From Chiloscyllium plagiosum (Eukaryota), in assembly GCF_004010195.1 (NCBI RefSeq), contig NC_057729.1:56814792-56878791 (forward strand): DNA of 64,000 bases, read 5' to 3'. Position 1 is the first letter of the stretch; each line of letters opens with the position of its first letter. Positions 62,599-64,000 of the stretch are shown here, piece after piece. Made by a program: the position numbers and the translations under genes. Below the pieces are notes generated by a model. The model was not told the DNA's origin and ran no database searches. It worked only from the letters and a program-made list of their open reading frames with translations.

Positions 62599-63458
62599 GT
62601 TTAGAGTTCTACAATTTACAATTCTTCCAAGTTTTGTGACTCTGCAAACTTTGAAACTGTACCCTGTACATCAGGATCTAGGTGATTAACACACAAGTAA
62701 ACTTTTAATTATCTGACACCTATGGGACTAAGTGTATGCCGATTGATCAAATATTCCAGATAATCAAGAGATCCATGTAAACACTGTAAAAACACACTAA
62801 ATAATAGAAATGTGATGTAGGGAATACACATCACTATTATACTTTATTTACAACATAAATCACTTAATGTAACTTTGCCTTTAATAAAGCACATTGACAG
62901 ACAGCCTTCTCATTCACACCCTCAACTGTCTACTGATAGATTGCAGTATTTGAGAAGAAATTGAATCAACTGTTGATATTTCATGTGGCCATTTGAATAA
63001 AAGTATATTAACATTGAAGTAAATAAATTAACCAACTATAATAAATGGATAGAATAATGCAGTAAACTTTTGTGGTATTATTTGAGATTTTATTTGCCTG
63101 TTTAGCAAGCATGCCGCATTATAAGGATGCTGATCGGGAGAAACAAGGGTCCCACAACAACCTCTGGGGAATTCCACAGCAAACCTTCCTCCAGCCCCCA
63201 AAAATTCCATTGACCATTACATCCTGACTGTTCACTCAGCCAATTTATACCCATATTGTAACTGTGTTATTCTGAAACGTTTCTCTCTCTATGGATGCTG
63301 CTGTGTTTCTCCAGCTATTCCTGAGTTTGTTTTTAATTATAAAACAGGTGTTTTCGAACCTATTGTGTTTTAAAAGTGACAAAATGAAGGGGGTTTCTCT
63401 GTGCAGCATCAGCTGTGCCCAAGTATCAGGCTGTAGTCAGTGAGTAGGCCTCAGCGCG

Positions 63459-63528
63459 GTCTCCATGGTAACGAGCAGGCCCGGCAGAGCTGCGCAGGCG
63501 CAGTAGGCCATGGCGCGAAGATGGCGGC
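63459..63528 (+). promoter_or_regulatory. CpG-island promoter with RFX X-box, NRF1 and YY1 motifs
   Basis: GTCTCCATGGTAAC 63459-63472; TGCGCAGGCGCA 63491-63502; AAGATGGCGGC 63518-63528. Confidence 0.75.
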
Positions 63529-63588
63529 CGTTGTCGTTGATGTTGGCGGCGGCGCTGGCTGTGGCCGGCGGCAGCGACTCCCGAGCAG
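63510..63588 (+). CDS. First coding exon of a secretory-pathway protein (signal peptide); POGLUT1 is the syntenic candidate
   Basis: GCCATGG Kozak; MARRWRPLSLMLAAALAVAGGSDSRA has a basic n-region and hydrophobic h-region; phase-1 donor CAG|GTAAAA. Identity rests only on proximity to TIMMDC1 and exon phase. Confidence 0.6.
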
Positions 63589-64000
63589 GTAAAAGAAGGA
63601 AAGCTCTCGGAACCGCTCCGACCAATCACTCCGGGGCCCTCGCGGTCACCGTGATCGGAGATTCAAACTGCTGCTGGTTCCTCAGACCCGGCCCCGCTTG
63701 GGACAAAGAAAATTGGGGGTAGGGTGAGGTCAAGTGTGGGGCTCAGGGAGTTGTTAGAATGTGTCAAGGGGATGTAGGGGAGTGGGTGGGATAGTAAGGT
63801 GTAAGAGAGTAGGGGAGTGTGAAAGGGGGGGGGGGTGGTTCTGGAAATTAGGGGTCGACATGGGGGAGAGTACAAAGTTGGCGGTGGGGGTGGGTGAGTG
63901 AAGAGTTGCTTCCATATTAGCAGTAATAAGCATGTTGGTAACAAGTCTAATTGCCTGATGGTGGCACCACGAGATTGCAGAGTATGCTGTTGCAAATAGT

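Noticed and set aside
62690-63100. Possible Tigger/pogo-like terminal sequence
   Set aside because: Too degenerate to pair the ends or identify a TA target duplication.

Overview
Repeat-dense vertebrate genomic DNA, most likely a shark or other elasmobranch (inferred from HE1/V-SINE-type and SacSINE/Deu-type SINEs, abundant CR1 LINEs and Penelope-like elements). There are three host loci, all on the + strand. (1) An intact, single-exon ABRA/STARS-like gene (30695-31777) with a TATA box and poly(A) signal. (2) A complete TIMMDC1 gene with a CpG/NRF1/ZNF143 promoter near 37.7 kb, a non-coding first exon and seven coding exons (45699-58243). (3) The promoter and signal-peptide exon of a further gene at 63.5 kb, possibly POGLUT1. 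The window opens with a decayed gamma-type ERV env, a polypurine tract and two related LTRs. The most striking unexplained structure is a set of minimal hammerhead-ribozyme motifs from at least three covarying families at Penelope-like termini. One is a near-perfect 91-bp palindrome carrying two intact hammerhead cores on opposite strands, with a 14-bp target duplication, inside a TIMMDC1 intron. A probable Crypton tyrosine-recombinase fossil, Harbinger Myb remnants, nested Tx1 insertions and tandem repeats are also present. Repeat boundaries are approximate and all family assignments come from motif recognition, not database searches.
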